From the NCBI GenBank assembly GCA_951406725.2, contig OX597818.1:24490001-24554000 (forward strand): a DNA stretch of 64,000 nt, given 5' to 3'. Source of the DNA: Octopus vulgaris. Lineage: Eukaryota. The notes under the pieces are model-generated. The model searched no databases, had not been told where the DNA came from, and saw nothing but the letters and a program-made list of their open reading frames with translations. This document shows, one piece after another, positions 50,150-62,699 of this stretch; position 1 is the stretch's first letter; the number at the start of each line of letters is the position of its first letter. The position numbers and the translations under genes were made by a program.

Positions 50150-50850
50150 TTGTCACCATTAAGATTGCCTTGTTTGGAAAATATTTCAGCTATTTCATCA
50201 TCAGTCATGAGATGAAAACTTCCTTGATATCCACTTTCTCTAACTTACTGATGAATTCTAACATGATATTTTCCTGTATGTAAGGTCTGACATCTCACTT
50301 AATTTGCAGAATTCTCTAAACTCATAACTTGCAGTTGTTGGTTAGAGGTTGTGCCAGGTATGCACAAGGGTGTCTTTAGCTATTTGATCCCATACATTGG
50401 TGACTTCCTATATGTTGTCCTTTAGAGTAACTCTTTTGGAAGCCTTTCACAACTGCCAGTGTACTGTTCAAAAAAATGTTTGCATTGATCTAAGGACACT
50501 TTAGTCGCATGGCTGAATTAATGATGTCTACATTTTGAAGGAAAGTACATTACATAAACATTATTTTTGATTAGAAGTTCAGATGGAGGATGAACTGAAT
50601 ATTTGTACAGAAATAAAATCTTACTCTTGACATCCAGTTTTTGTTCCTTGCAGTGGACATAATCCACTAGTACAAAATCCCAAAGAAATATTTGTTCCTG
50701 GGTAGCTATGCACTTTTGTTAGTGTAATAATCCACTGGTAATGTATTCATATATCTAAAACTTCAAGAACACAGGCTTTTCATTATTGCAGCAAATTTAC
50801 ACTTATGGTTACCTGCTGCATTAGCACAACCCAGCACAGTTAACCACAGT
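50150..50850 (-). mobile_element. pogo/Tigger (jerky-like DDE_1) transposase remnant
   Basis: Minus strand from ~50845 reads LTVLGCANAAGNHK...LPVDYYTNKSA...KILFL...HPPSELL..NV, with stops and frameshifts. Confidence 0.7.
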
Positions 50851-51659
50851 GAGTGTTTTTCTAGAGGAAATAATACCAGAGTATTTTACACTTACTCTAT
50901 TAAATTTTCAGCAGTGATCTCCACAAAGCTGCTTTATAACCAATAGGTAACTTTAAGCTTTAGAAATTTATTGCTTTTTTTTTTTTTTTATATTTGTCAC
51001 TAAACTTGTGAATATTCATAGATACCTTCAATATATCCAATTTGTTAGATTTTTGCTTGTTTCATAATCCATTAAATAACATACTTTGAGTTGAGGTCAG
51101 AAATGGTAATGCACGCATGCTGTTGCTATGGTAGATGCTGGTAAACTGGTTCCAGTTTAAATAGGCTAGGCAAGCTCGCACTAGAGCAACTGAGATCCTT
51201 CCTTATAGTTGACACCTAATGCATTAGCTGTAAGTATGCATACACATAATATAGGTTTTGATCAAGACTTACTGAAGTGCTGTGCTGTGACCTTGAACCT
51301 GAAGCTATGTGATTGCAAAGCAAACCCAACTGCATAGTTCTAGGTTCAAACCCACTTGTAATATGCAAAGGGCCTCAAGAGATGTTATCCCCAATTTGAT
51401 AGTTAACTTTTAACAATACTGAATACAAGATTTTCTTTCGTAAGTTCCACTTGAATGCTTCTAAAGCATTGCTAATCTTAGAGATGACAAGCAGGTTATA
51501 AGTAAAAACATTAAATGTTTTGCTAACTGTCAACTGAACAAGATTGTAAAATCTTTGTCAGAGGCTAGTTTCATATCAGAACATTTTTCATTGAAGAGAA
51601 AAACATGAAAGTTTGAAAAGCAAAATTGATAAAAATGACTTACTTCAGTTTGTAACTTA

Positions 51660-53750
51660 TCCTCACTGAAATGTGTTGAAGTATACATTTTCACAGGTAC
51701 AATCAACACTATAAATGTTCAGAAAATAAATAGGTGTTCATTGATGGTAGTATCAGTGGAGACAAATGTTGAAGCATCTCCAGGTAGAATGTGGAGGAGT
51801 TCATGGTGTACTTTATCAACGCTTTCATTCCAAGGTGCTAAAATAGCTCTCTCTGCAAACTATGCTATGTTTCTGAAGTCTTGCGAAGTGGGAAATACCT
51901 TTTCTTTAAGCTCAGCCAATGTAGACACTATGTGCCTACATTGCAGTACATGCTGCTGCAGGGTGTTATTCAACGGTAAGGCGCCATTTCCAATTTGCAG
52001 CAGTTAATGAGAGAATTCCTCAGCTAAGGGGTTGTTGTAGAAATGAGCTCGCATATTCTTGCTTAATGAAAGCTGATGAAGACATCAGACATACATAAAT
52101 CTCATTAGCTCACATACCCCATGGTATGACTGGTAATATTTGACAGAAATCCCCTGCAAGGACAACAGTTAAGCTACTACCACCACCACCCCATAATGGC
52201 AGTATTGTTTCTAATATCCCTTAGTGACCTATCTAGGGCTTCTAGTGCACCATGGTGAGCTATCATGCATTCATCCCAGACAATAAGTGTAGTCTGGAGT
52301 GGAACTTCCACTGTTGGTGGTCATTTTGAAATATTGCACATTTGGGCAACTGTTGAAGTCATATTGAAAGGTAATTTGAATGTTGAGTGAGCAGTTCGTC
52401 CACCTGTTAACAAAGTTGCTGCTATCCCTGATGGTGTGACTGCAATCATTATGTTTCCCAACTCCCCTAAGTAGAAAAAATCTCCCTGTTCCTCCTGGTG
52501 CATCAATGAAGAAAAGACGTCCTTCCACTTGCCAGGTAGTCACTACTATTTCATTGTAAACAGACCTTCGCTGAGCTTGCAACAATGGTTCACTTTCATC
52601 AAGTTGCCTTTTCAAGGCATCCAAATCGTATGCTTTTTCTTGAAAGGCCATGATGATCAGCTGAAGGTGTTGGAATGCCATAGTCAGATAAGCTTTTGCC
52701 CCCAATGGAATTAAGCATGTCTTCTAAATGCCGTAATGCTTCAGTGTATAACATACGAGTAGCAGGCACTTGCTCCATGCAATTGTCAAGCTTCATGAAG
52801 GATGTCATCAAACAGGCGGTCTTTGTAATTTTCCCAAAGTTGTAGTGGATTTAGTAAATAGCAATGGTACAACATGATGGCGAAGAATTTTAGTTGGTAA
52901 GCTATGGATGCAATTGCTGTGTCAGAAAGAGCTAAACTCTATTGACAGTTGTCTTCGAGAAGACATTGTTGGCAGGCTCGTCAAAATGTTTCGCAAATCA
53001 AGGAGTTTACTATTTTAAGGTGCTATCTCCAGGTAGAATGTGGAGACATTGAATGACATTGGTCCAGGAACTTTGTGGAGGAGCATCTGGAGACAGCAGC
53101 ATTTGAAGTTTTTGGGGTGGACCATATAAACTCGACCTAAAGCATTACCTTTTTTTATGTGTGGATGCCCTTCGATGGTTACACCAAGCTTTCTCCTCTT
53201 CCACTTCTTAACATGGTTATTCCAGGTGTAATACTTTGGTATGCCTGAGTAGAAGATGGTTGCAGTGAATGCATCACATCTACACAGGTTAAAGAATGCT
53301 GTGAGAGTCATTGCCTGTGACGCATATATTTGTCCTGTAACTCTTTCAGGATTCAATGGATCAAAATAAACTTTTTGGCCATTTTCGAAATGAACAGAGA
53401 GGTGGACAACTGTGGGATGTGAATGTGGATGGGGAAATGAAAGAGTCACCAAGCAGCTTCATTACTGCTTACATAGATATTAGTGTACCTCATTGGCCCA
53501 TCAGCATCTGAAAAGCCAAAAACAGCCATGTCAGACCCTTTGTTTATATATTTGCATACATATTTGATGGAATGAACAGAATTGCAAAATTCCACGTTAA
53601 TGTGTGCCTTGAAAACTCGTAGCAATAGCAGACTATATGGGACGATCCGTCTGTTGTCTACGATGACTGGACTTTGCTGTGGCTGAAGAATGAAATGGAA
53701 TCCACCATCTCCTGGTTTGCATCTTTTGTACATTGGATACCCATCCTCCC
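51660..53750 (-). mobile_element. Helitron RepHel remnant (Rep nuclease and Pif1-like helicase fragments)
   Basis: VDNRRIVPYS..FKAHINVEFCNSVHSIKYVCKYINKGSD, LSVHFENGQKVYF, FIDAPGGTG and SGIAATLLTGGRTAHSTFKLP lie in broken frames. Confidence 0.92.
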
Positions 53751-54028
53751 CACAAAAACTGACCTTTCCAATTTTTTTTTTTACTGGATTCCTATGCTTT
53801 CAATGATGGAGATTCCAAATATACAAAAAACTGCGTGTTCAAAATTTTTAATGTTTAACATTTTCGAATTTTTTTTTTAATCTATGTTGAAAAATACATT
53901 AAAACTTCAGTAACTTGATCGATCTGTCATTGAACCAGGATTTTAATTTACAGAAAGACAAAAGATGAAGACAGGTGTATAATCAACAGGTAGGTGTATT
54001 AGTTTGATGCCCGGGAAGGTGAGAAAGT

Positions 54029-54064
54029 CTTTTATGTTTCAAGCCTACACTCTTCAACAGAAAG
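54029..54064 (-). ncRNA. minimal hammerhead-like motif (degenerate, Penelope-type)
   Basis: Minus strand CUUU-CUGUUGA-AGAGUGUAGGCUU-GAAA-CA-UA-AAAG. Stem I CUUU/AAAG closes the core; the core has U in place of the conserved A6. Confidence 0.4.
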
Positions 54065-54142
54065 GAACACAAGGAAATAAACAGAGAGAGAATAAAAAAA
54101 ACTTTTGGAGTTAGCAGTCGATCGTGGCAATAAATTAGATAG

Positions 54143-55590
54143 ATCATCATCATCATCATTTAACGTTCGTTTTCCATGCTAGCATGGGTTGGACGGTTCG
54201 GCTGGGGTCTGGGAAGCCTGGAAGCTGTGCCAAGCTCCAGTCTGATCTGGCAGTGTTTCTACAGATGGATGCCCTTCCTAGTGCCAACCACTTTGTGAGT
54301 GTAGTGGGTGCTTTTTATGTGCCACCAGCACAGAGGCCAGAGGAGGCTGGCAAATGGCCACGATCAGTTGGTGCTTTTTACGTGTCACTGACATGGACAC
54401 CAGTCAGGCGGTGCTGGCATCAGCCACATTCAGATGCTGCTTTTTACATGCCACCAGCATGGGTATCTTAGCTACAATTTCCATTTGATTTTTATTTTGA
54501 TGTTGGTGTTGATATACTTGACTCAATAGGTCTCCTCAAGAACAGTAAGTCACTCTATGGTCCAAGGTTAGCACAGCAGGCCGTCCTGCAAGCCATGAAC
54601 TCACTTCATTTGTCGGGTCTTCACAGTCACAGCATATCTCAGAGGTCTCAGTCTTTGTCATTTCCTCTGTGAGGCCCAACTTGCCACCAGCATGGGTATC
54701 ACAACTACTATATCCATTTGATCTTTATTTTGATGTTGATGTACTTGACACAATAAGTCTCTTCAAGCACAGCAGGTTGCCCTACGAACCAAGGTTAGCA
54801 CAGCAGGCCGTCCTGTGAGCCATGTACTCACTTCGTTTGTCAGGTCTTTGCAGTCCCAGCATATCTCCAGAGGTCTCTGTCTTTCGTCATTGCCTCTGTG
54901 AGGCCCAACGTACGAAGGTCCTGCTTGACCACCTCATCCCATGTCTTCCTGGGTCTACCTCTACCCCGGATTCCTTCAACAGTTTGGGAGTGGCACTTCT
55001 TTGCACATCTCTCCTCATCCATCCATAGTACATGACCATACCAGTGCAAACGTCTCTCCTGTACACCACATCCAATGCTTCTTATGTCCAGCATTTCTCT
55101 CAGGGTGCTTACACTCTGTCGTGTGTGCACACTGACATTACACATCCAGCGGATCGTGCTAGCTTCATTTCTTTCAAGCCTATGCATGTCCTCTGCAGTC
55201 CGATAGTGATTCTGCTATGAGAGCTAGGCCATCAGCATAGAGGAGCTCCCAGGGGCAACCCATCTTGAATTCCTCTGTTATTGCCTGGAGGACTATGATG
55301 AATAAAAGGGGACTGAGGTCTGAGCCTTGGTGGACGCCAACTTCTACCCGGAATTCTTCACTCTACTCATTACCAATCCTAACCTTACTAACAGCCTCTC
55401 TGTAAAGGGCCTGTACAGCCCTTATTAACCATTCATCAATCTCCAGTTTCCGCATTGCCCACCAGATAAGGAATCGGGGAACATTGTCAAAGGTTTTCTC
55501 CAAGTCCACAAAAGCTAAGTACAGGGGTTTATCTTTGGCTAGGTATTTCTCCTGCAGTTGTCGAACCAGGAATATGGCATCAGTGGTGCT
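54143..55590 (-). mobile_element. RTE-clade LINE, decayed, with duplicated ORF terminus and 3' UTR
   Basis: TTDAIFLVRQLQEKY..LAFVDLEKTFDNVPR, RRLHWYGHV and GRGRPRKTW. The ~54480-54680 block is repeated at ~54700-54910. Confidence 0.92.
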
Positions 55591-56047
55591 TAGACACACA
55601 CATATATATACAGAGAGAGAGAGCAATAAGAAAATGGAGGGGATCAATAGTGGTATTCATCAACTTTTAGACATTATATTATGTCAATTTATTTATTTAC
55701 TATGAGGACAATTATAACAATATACATACATGTATAACATATTATGCTTTATATATATAATATGAAAATATCAGTAATTATTAAAATATATAGCATAGAG
55801 CAATAGAAATTGGGATAACATCTTACAGCTGTTTCAGCCAAGAGGCAATAATAACTCATTCTACTTTTATCCCTCCAGTGGACTAAAGTAATTAGTAGAT
55901 GAAATTAAGGTACTTGGGTGTTTCTCGAGGCTTTATCTATTTTTTCCGTGTTAATTGTTAACAAGGGAAAAATATACTCCTCTATATATAGATATATATG
56001 ATTTGATTTGATTTGATCTAGTTTCAGCTCATAAGCTGTTGACATGA

Positions 56048-57133
56048 TGGAGTTGATTCAACTAACTATACCCTCCAAGTAAATACCTGGGCTGTGTCTC
56101 TTCAGTAGAAATCAATTTACATTTACACACACATGCCAAAAAGTGATGTTAAGCTATCAAGCTTGTTTCACAAAGGCCCTCGAATAAGATATGTCCCAAA
56201 TACCCATTATCTTCATCATCATCATCATCGTTTAACATCCGCTTTCCATGCTGGCATGGGTTGGACAAATTGACTGAGGACTGGAAATCCAGAAGGCTGC
56301 ACCAGGCTCCAATCCAATCTGGCAAAGTTTCTACAGCTGGATGCCCTTTCTAATGCCAGCCACTCCTAGAGTGTAGTGGGTTCATTTTACATGCCACCGA
56401 CACGAGGGTCAGTCAGGCGATACTGGCATCGACCATGCTTGAATGGTGCTTTTTACGTGCCACCAGCATGGGAGCCAGTCAGGTGGTACTGGCAATGATC
56501 ATGTTCAAATAGTGCTTTTTTATGTGCCACCAGCACAGGACCAGTCAACAAGCACTGGCATTGACCACGCTCAAATGGTGCTTTTTACATGCCACCGGTA
56601 CAGATGCCAATCAGTCAGTACCGACTTTGCCCAAGCTATTCTTATTTCTAGCAGCTACACTCACAGAGCATCCACCCCCGCTGACATTCTTCTTTTGTAA
56701 GAAAATGGAATTGTGTAGTTTGTGGCAATATTTTACATCTAAGAGAGTATTTCATTTCTTAGGTTAAACCTAAAGTCAGTTTCACCTTTCACTCCTTTGA
56801 TATCAATAAAATAAAGTACCAGTAATATACTATCATTGGCACAATTAAATCTTTATGTTTCTCTACAAGATTGCCTCTCTGACTTTTGAAACATTATTAT
56901 GAAGCATTTCACTAGCATGTTAGTAAACAAAATAACTGAGTGGTGAAAAACTGATAACCTTGTGGCATACAGGATATTTGAAATTGTGAGAATTATGTAA
57001 TATTATTCAAAATATTGCTCAGGTACGTAGTCTTGAGCCTCCAACTCAGCCACAAATAAAAGAATATACATAACAGTATAAATATTATTTAAAGGTTGTT
57101 TGAAAAGAGGTAGTGACTATGTAAATTAGTTTG
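56048..57133. repeat. direct repeat copy 1 (~1086 bp; includes an RTE-tail repeat at 56211-56683)
   Basis: Matches 58589-59673. The only difference seen is cttatttcta versus cttattcta. Confidence 0.95.
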
Positions 57134-58310
57134 GTGTTGCTACATAATTTTACTTCACTAATTCATTTTAGAAATTGACATTTGATGTATGAGGGAGTTT
57201 GATGCTGCTGCGCTCATCTGCCCTTCCTGCTGTGAAGTTGGTTCATCTGGGACACTTGACAGTAAGAGGTCCAGTTTCATTTTGAAAACACCTACATCCA
57301 TCTCATGCAGGTCTCTCAGGTCCTTCAGGAGGATATTGAAGAGCTGTAGTCCCCTAAAGCCCAGGCTGTTGCAGTATCTTGTACTATATCTTGATGGCAA
57401 ATTTAGAATCCTTGGCAATATGCAGTGGTGCCCTGTTCTAGTAATCATGTAACTCTCGATGCCAAAGTTTGGGACAAGTCCCTACAATATCTTGCAGATG
57501 TAGATTATGGCATATCTTTCTCATCTATGCTCTAATGAATGGAGTCTTAATCTCTTGAATCTCTCCCAGTTGCTTATATGCTGCATAGAGGCTATCATCT
57601 TCGTGTAGCTTTGTTGGGTTGCCTCAAGTTCTGCAATTAATTTGATATTGGTTCGTGACCATAGCTAGGAGCAATAGTCAAAGTGGCTTAGGACAAGTGT
57701 CCTCCAGAGGACAATCACAGTTTCCTGATCTCTTGTTCTAAAAGTTTTAAGAATCCATTTGGTCAGCCACCTGCATTTCATTGCCAACTTAGCAACAAGC
57801 ACATGGAAGGATGCGCCATTAATCATGCCCAGGTCTCGCACTGACTGTGTCTCTGGGATTGCAATCTCTCCAGGTCCAGTGTGTTTAATTGGTATTGCAT
57901 TTAGTTTTGCATGCTGATAGCACAAGGCTTGAAACTTTTCAGCATTAAACTGCATGTTATTCTTTTCAGCCTACTTGTATATTTCATCCAATACACACTG
58001 AAAGTGCATAGTGTGGAACACCACTCATTATTTGCGTGTCATTGGAGGCATCCCCATTTGCTACTACCTGACTTCTATCCCTCAGAAAATCATGCAGCCA
58101 TTCTCCCAATTTCCCGACTATGCTGAGATCACACAGTTTGTGACATAACATTCCATGATTGACTTTCTTGAAGGCCTTTGCAAAGTCGATATATATCGCT
58201 TCCACATTTGAGTGGTTGAGCAGCTGTTTTAACACCCAGTCATAGTGTTGTAAGAGCTGATTCAAACAGTTTCTTCTTGGTCAGAAACCATGTTGGGTGT
58301 CAATCAGCAA
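57134..58310 (-). mobile_element. CR1/L2-group LINE RT fragment
   Basis: IYIDFAKAF..V.H..L..KL, SGVP, MQFNAEKFQ and FRTRDQE..LWRTLVLSHFDYCS in broken frames. Confidence 0.88.
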
Positions 58311-58588
58311 TGATAGCAACAGACAACAAAATATGATAGGATATATTTTGATAAATAAATGCTTTTCATTTGCAAATTGCTTGAACTATTAATTAAAGGT
58401 TAGGAAACAAAAAAACTTTTGACTTAACCTGGTATGTGGTCATGAGAAAAGACCTAATGTAAAAAGGACATTTGAAGTGTCTGCTATAAAGCGTATTATC
58501 AAGTGCCAAAATAATTATACTAATTATGCAGCAATCAACATTACATTTTATCTCTTTGAGGTAGATTAATTAAATATTAATCATATAT

Positions 58589-59673
58589 TGGAGTTGATTC
58601 AACTAACTATACCCTCCAAGTAAATACCTGGGCTGTGTCTCTTCAGTAGAAATCAATTTACATTTACACACACATGCCAAAAAGTGATGTTAAGCTATCA
58701 AGCTTGTTTCACAAAGGCCCTCGAATAAGATATGTCCCAAATACCCATTATCTTCATCATCATCATCATCGTTTAACATCCGCTTTCCATGCTGGCATGG
58801 GTTGGACAAATTGACTGAGGACTGGAAATCCAGAAGGCTGCACCAGGCTCCAATCCAATCTGGCAAAGTTTCTACAGCTGGATGCCCTTTCTAATGCCAG
58901 CCACTCCTAGAGTGTAGTGGGTTCATTTTACATGCCACCGACACGAGGGTCAGTCAGGCGATACTGGCATCGACCATGCTTGAATGGTGCTTTTTACGTG
59001 CCACCAGCATGGGAGCCAGTCAGGTGGTACTGGCAATGATCATGTTCAAATAGTGCTTTTTTATGTGCCACCAGCACAGGACCAGTCAACAAGCACTGGC
59101 ATTGACCACGCTCAAATGGTGCTTTTTACATGCCACCGGTACAGATGCCAATCAGTCAGTACCGACTTTGCCCAAGCTATTCTTATTCTAGCAGCTACAC
59201 TCACAGAGCATCCACCCCCGCTGACATTCTTCTTTTGTAAGAAAATGGAATTGTGTAGTTTGTGGCAATATTTTACATCTAAGAGAGTATTTCATTTCTT
59301 AGGTTAAACCTAAAGTCAGTTTCACCTTTCACTCCTTTGATATCAATAAAATAAAGTACCAGTAATATACTATCATTGGCACAATTAAATCTTTATGTTT
59401 CTCTACAAGATTGCCTCTCTGACTTTTGAAACATTATTATGAAGCATTTCACTAGCATGTTAGTAAACAAAATAACTGAGTGGTGAAAAACTGATAACCT
59501 TGTGGCATACAGGATATTTGAAATTGTGAGAATTATGTAATATTATTCAAAATATTGCTCAGGTACGTAGTCTTGAGCCTCCAACTCAGCCACAAATAAA
59601 AGAATATACATAACAGTATAAATATTATTTAAAGGTTGTTTGAAAAGAGGTAGTGACTATGTAAATTAGTTTG
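58589..59673. repeat. direct repeat copy 2 (~1085 bp)
   Basis: Matches 56048-57133; offset 2541 before the indel and 2540 after it. Confidence 0.95.
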
Positions 59674-60533
59674 AGGGAAGTAGTAGTTGATGATGTTGGA
59701 GTCCACATGCAAATCTACACTATGAGGAAATATAATATATTTCTGTAAAGCAAGGGCAGCCAATAATTGATTATTTTAACAAGCTGCAGTACTGATCTCA
59801 AATACAGATTTATTTAATCCATTGCAGAACAGAATCACATATAACAAATATGATGTGAGTAGATCATAGTGGTTTTCTTTTGGTAGAAATGGGAGTATAA
59901 AAAAAAGAGACAATTTATTTGAAATGAAATAACAAAAGGAGACGTAAACTTTGACAAAATATCTTTTAATATTTATTTATAAAAAAAAAAAGTAAACATT
60001 ATAAAATGTTTAAAATAAACATTTTAAGTAGCCCTCACCATTTCTTTTTACTGTTTTGTTCTTACTGTCTTGTTTTTGTGACCACTTTAACCCTGCAAAA
60101 AATCCCAAATTTGATTTAATTTGCTTTGCAGGAAGGACTGTTTTAACAATGTCATGTTTTGTCCTTACCTTTGAAACACGGAGTAGAAAAAACAGGGGAG
60201 AACTGATGAAGGGAATGTTGTTTGTGTTGTTTCTCTATTTGTTTCTTTTGTTGTTAAAAAAAAAGTTCGTTTTCCATGCTTTGTTTTTTATGTTCTCATT
60301 TCTCAGTTTGTTCATGTTTTTTTGATGTCCTGTACTCATATATGCATGTATATATACATATATATGTAGGCATGTACATGTATGTGTGTATATATGCATA
60401 TATATATATATTATTTATATCATTATATGATCGAACGCCAGGCATCCATTTCCAAGTATATATACATATAGATATATACATACAAATATATATATACATA
60501 TATATATATGTGTGTATATATTTATATATACAT

Positions 60534-61272
60534 AGGCGCAGGAGGGCAAATCGGGGAACTGCGCCGGACAGTGAACCAGCGGCAGGGCCAGTTCTGCCAA
60601 TACAGTAATGCAGTTGAAGGAGATGGTAGTCTACCTGTGCAGTTGCGGAAGCGGTCCGCAGGGAGTCGCTGGTGCTTGGTTGGCACTTGGATGTTGCGGA
60701 AGAAGCAACCGTTGGTGGAAAACATAGGACGTTGGTCGCGAGATTTAGCAGATGTTGGTCGCATGGACCTGGCGGAGCGTTTCATCGACCCGAGCGGTCG
60801 TCGCTCGAGGAGGCAGCAGGATCGGAGGATGGTCCCAGTTTGGCTGCGAAAATTGAGGAGGTATCAGCGACAGAGAGCAGTGAAAAGTCGGAACGGTCCC
60901 TGGTTGTCGGCGATAGTTGCGAGGAACGAAGACGGCACAGCAAGGTGCTATGTGGGATATAGAGCACTGAGGGAGGTGGCCACTGTGAAGGATTGGCCGG
61001 ACCCTGCTTGTGTGAAGGAGTTAAGGAACTTCCTTGGACGGTGCGCCTATTGTAGGCGGCTCGTGGGAAGCCTCGTGGCCTTGGCGGAGCCGTTACCCAA
61101 GCCGCAGAGGGAAGATGCCAACTTGTGGCCTTGTGGCCGTGGGAAACGAGACCTCCGGAAGAGAAACTACCCAAGGAGACCTCCAGTTCCTGGAGCATCA
61201 GCTGGAGCTCGCCCTCGGAGGTACGGGTTTAGTGTGCTTCTGTCGGGTCGACAAAGCTTAGGGAGGGGGTAG
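60534..61272 (+). mobile_element. Ty3/Gypsy pol remnant, heavily internally deleted
   Basis: PWLSAIVARNEDGTARCYVGYRAL resembles SPW.SP.V...KKDG..R.CVDYR.L. It is fused directly to VKDWPDP..VKELRNFLG.CAYCRR (RT/RNase H connection). Confidence 0.8.
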
Positions 61273-62245
61273 TGATATGGGGGTCAGTTCAGTTCAGAAA
61301 ATAAGAGTGCTGCGACCTACTCTTGTGATCTGGCTTCAGGGAGACAGGTAAATCTTTTGTTCTGTCAGTTTCTGGGGAGGTTTATGTATTCGGAGGAGAC
61401 CTTTTGCCCTCTGCCAGTCAAGGAAAGTTTAAGAGACCACCCTTTAAAATGCAATGCGCTGGGAGTTTGTCAGTCAGTCGACAGTCGGGAACAGAGCGAG
61501 TTGGTAACAGGGAGTTCTGCTGGAGATAGTGAATGTGAGAGATGACAGGCGAGAGGATGACAGCGTAGAGGATGACAGCGTAGAGGAAGACAGGCAGACA
61601 GGATTAAGGAACTGAAGGGGAGGTTACGGCGTAGAAGGCATTGGCTATTGTCGCAGAGTTGCAGATGCAAAAACGTTCGGTAATGATTATGTTTGCTTTT
61701 TGTTGTTTATGTTTTGATGTGTTGAAAAGAACTGAGTTGTGTTAAAGAAAAGAATTGTTGAACTAAAAAAAGAGAATTGATGTGAAAAAAAGAGAAAGAA
61801 GGAAAGAGGAAAAAGAAAGAACTGTGTTAAAGAGAAAAAGAAATGAAATTGTAAAGACATTGTGAAAAGAGTTGTTGAAAAGAAAGAAAGAAAGAGAAAG
61901 ACTTTAATGTGATTTGAACATTGAACTGTATCTGCATGCTTTGATTTGTTTTCTTGTTAATTCTGTTGCATGTTACTTTCTTTAATGTATCTGCTATGTA
62001 TCACATTGTATTTGATGTCGTAATTGTTATAAACTGTTGTTAAATGTAAGCCAATTGCCTTCTGCCGTCTCTTCCTGCTGTTGTTGTTCTCTCCGGTTGC
62101 CGGTTCGTGTTCGCTGCCGCCTTCCCCCACCGAATTCTCTCTTTCTGTGGCGAATTCCCCGTTCGATGAAGCCAGTCAATCGTCGTCGCTCGACTTGGTA
62201 GGGTCCCGGGTTTCCGAAGAGTTTGAGCGACGGCGGTTTGTAACA
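61273..62245 (+). mobile_element. 3' LTR of the Gypsy remnant
   Basis: Polypurine tract AGGGAGGGGGTAG lies immediately before TGATA...; the segment ends ...TGTAACA at 62245 (TG..CA termini). Confidence 0.7.
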
Positions 62246-62263
62246 ATATATATATATAGCTAT

Positions 62264-62620
62264 AGGCACAGGAGTGGCTGTGTGGTAAGTAGCTTGGTTG
62301 CCAACCATATGGTTCCGAGTTCAGTCCCACTGCATGGCACCTTGGGCCAACCAAAGCCTGTGAGTGGATTTGGTGGACTGAAACTGAGAGAAGCCTGATG
62401 TATATGTATATACATATATATTGTGTGACAGTGTTTGTCCTCCCACCATCATTTGAAAACCAATGATGGTGTGGTTATGTCCCTGTAACTTAGCGATTAG
62501 GCAAAAGAGACCAATAGAATAAGTACCAGCTTACAAAGAATAAGTGCTGGCATCGATTTGTTCTACTAAAGGCGGTGCTCCAGCATGGCCACAGTCAAAC
62601 GACTGAAACAAATAAAAGAA
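62264..62620 (+). mobile_element. tRNA-derived SINE (OR/CORE-like)
   Basis: Colinear with 37128-37512. Confidence 0.9.
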
Positions 62621-62699
62621 TACATACATACATGGAAGTACAGCATTCACTCAAATAATAATATAGATTTTATATATATATATATACATACATATGCAT

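Noticed and set aside
55818-55945. Hammerhead 3' half GAAACAGCTGTA on the minus strand
   Set aside because: The CUGANGA half is not recognisable (only gataaagcc), so it is not called as a ribozyme.
60508-61272. Longest ORF in the window (254 aa) as a host gene
   Set aside because: It starts in a microsatellite and consists of degenerate Gypsy pol pieces next to a PPT and LTR.
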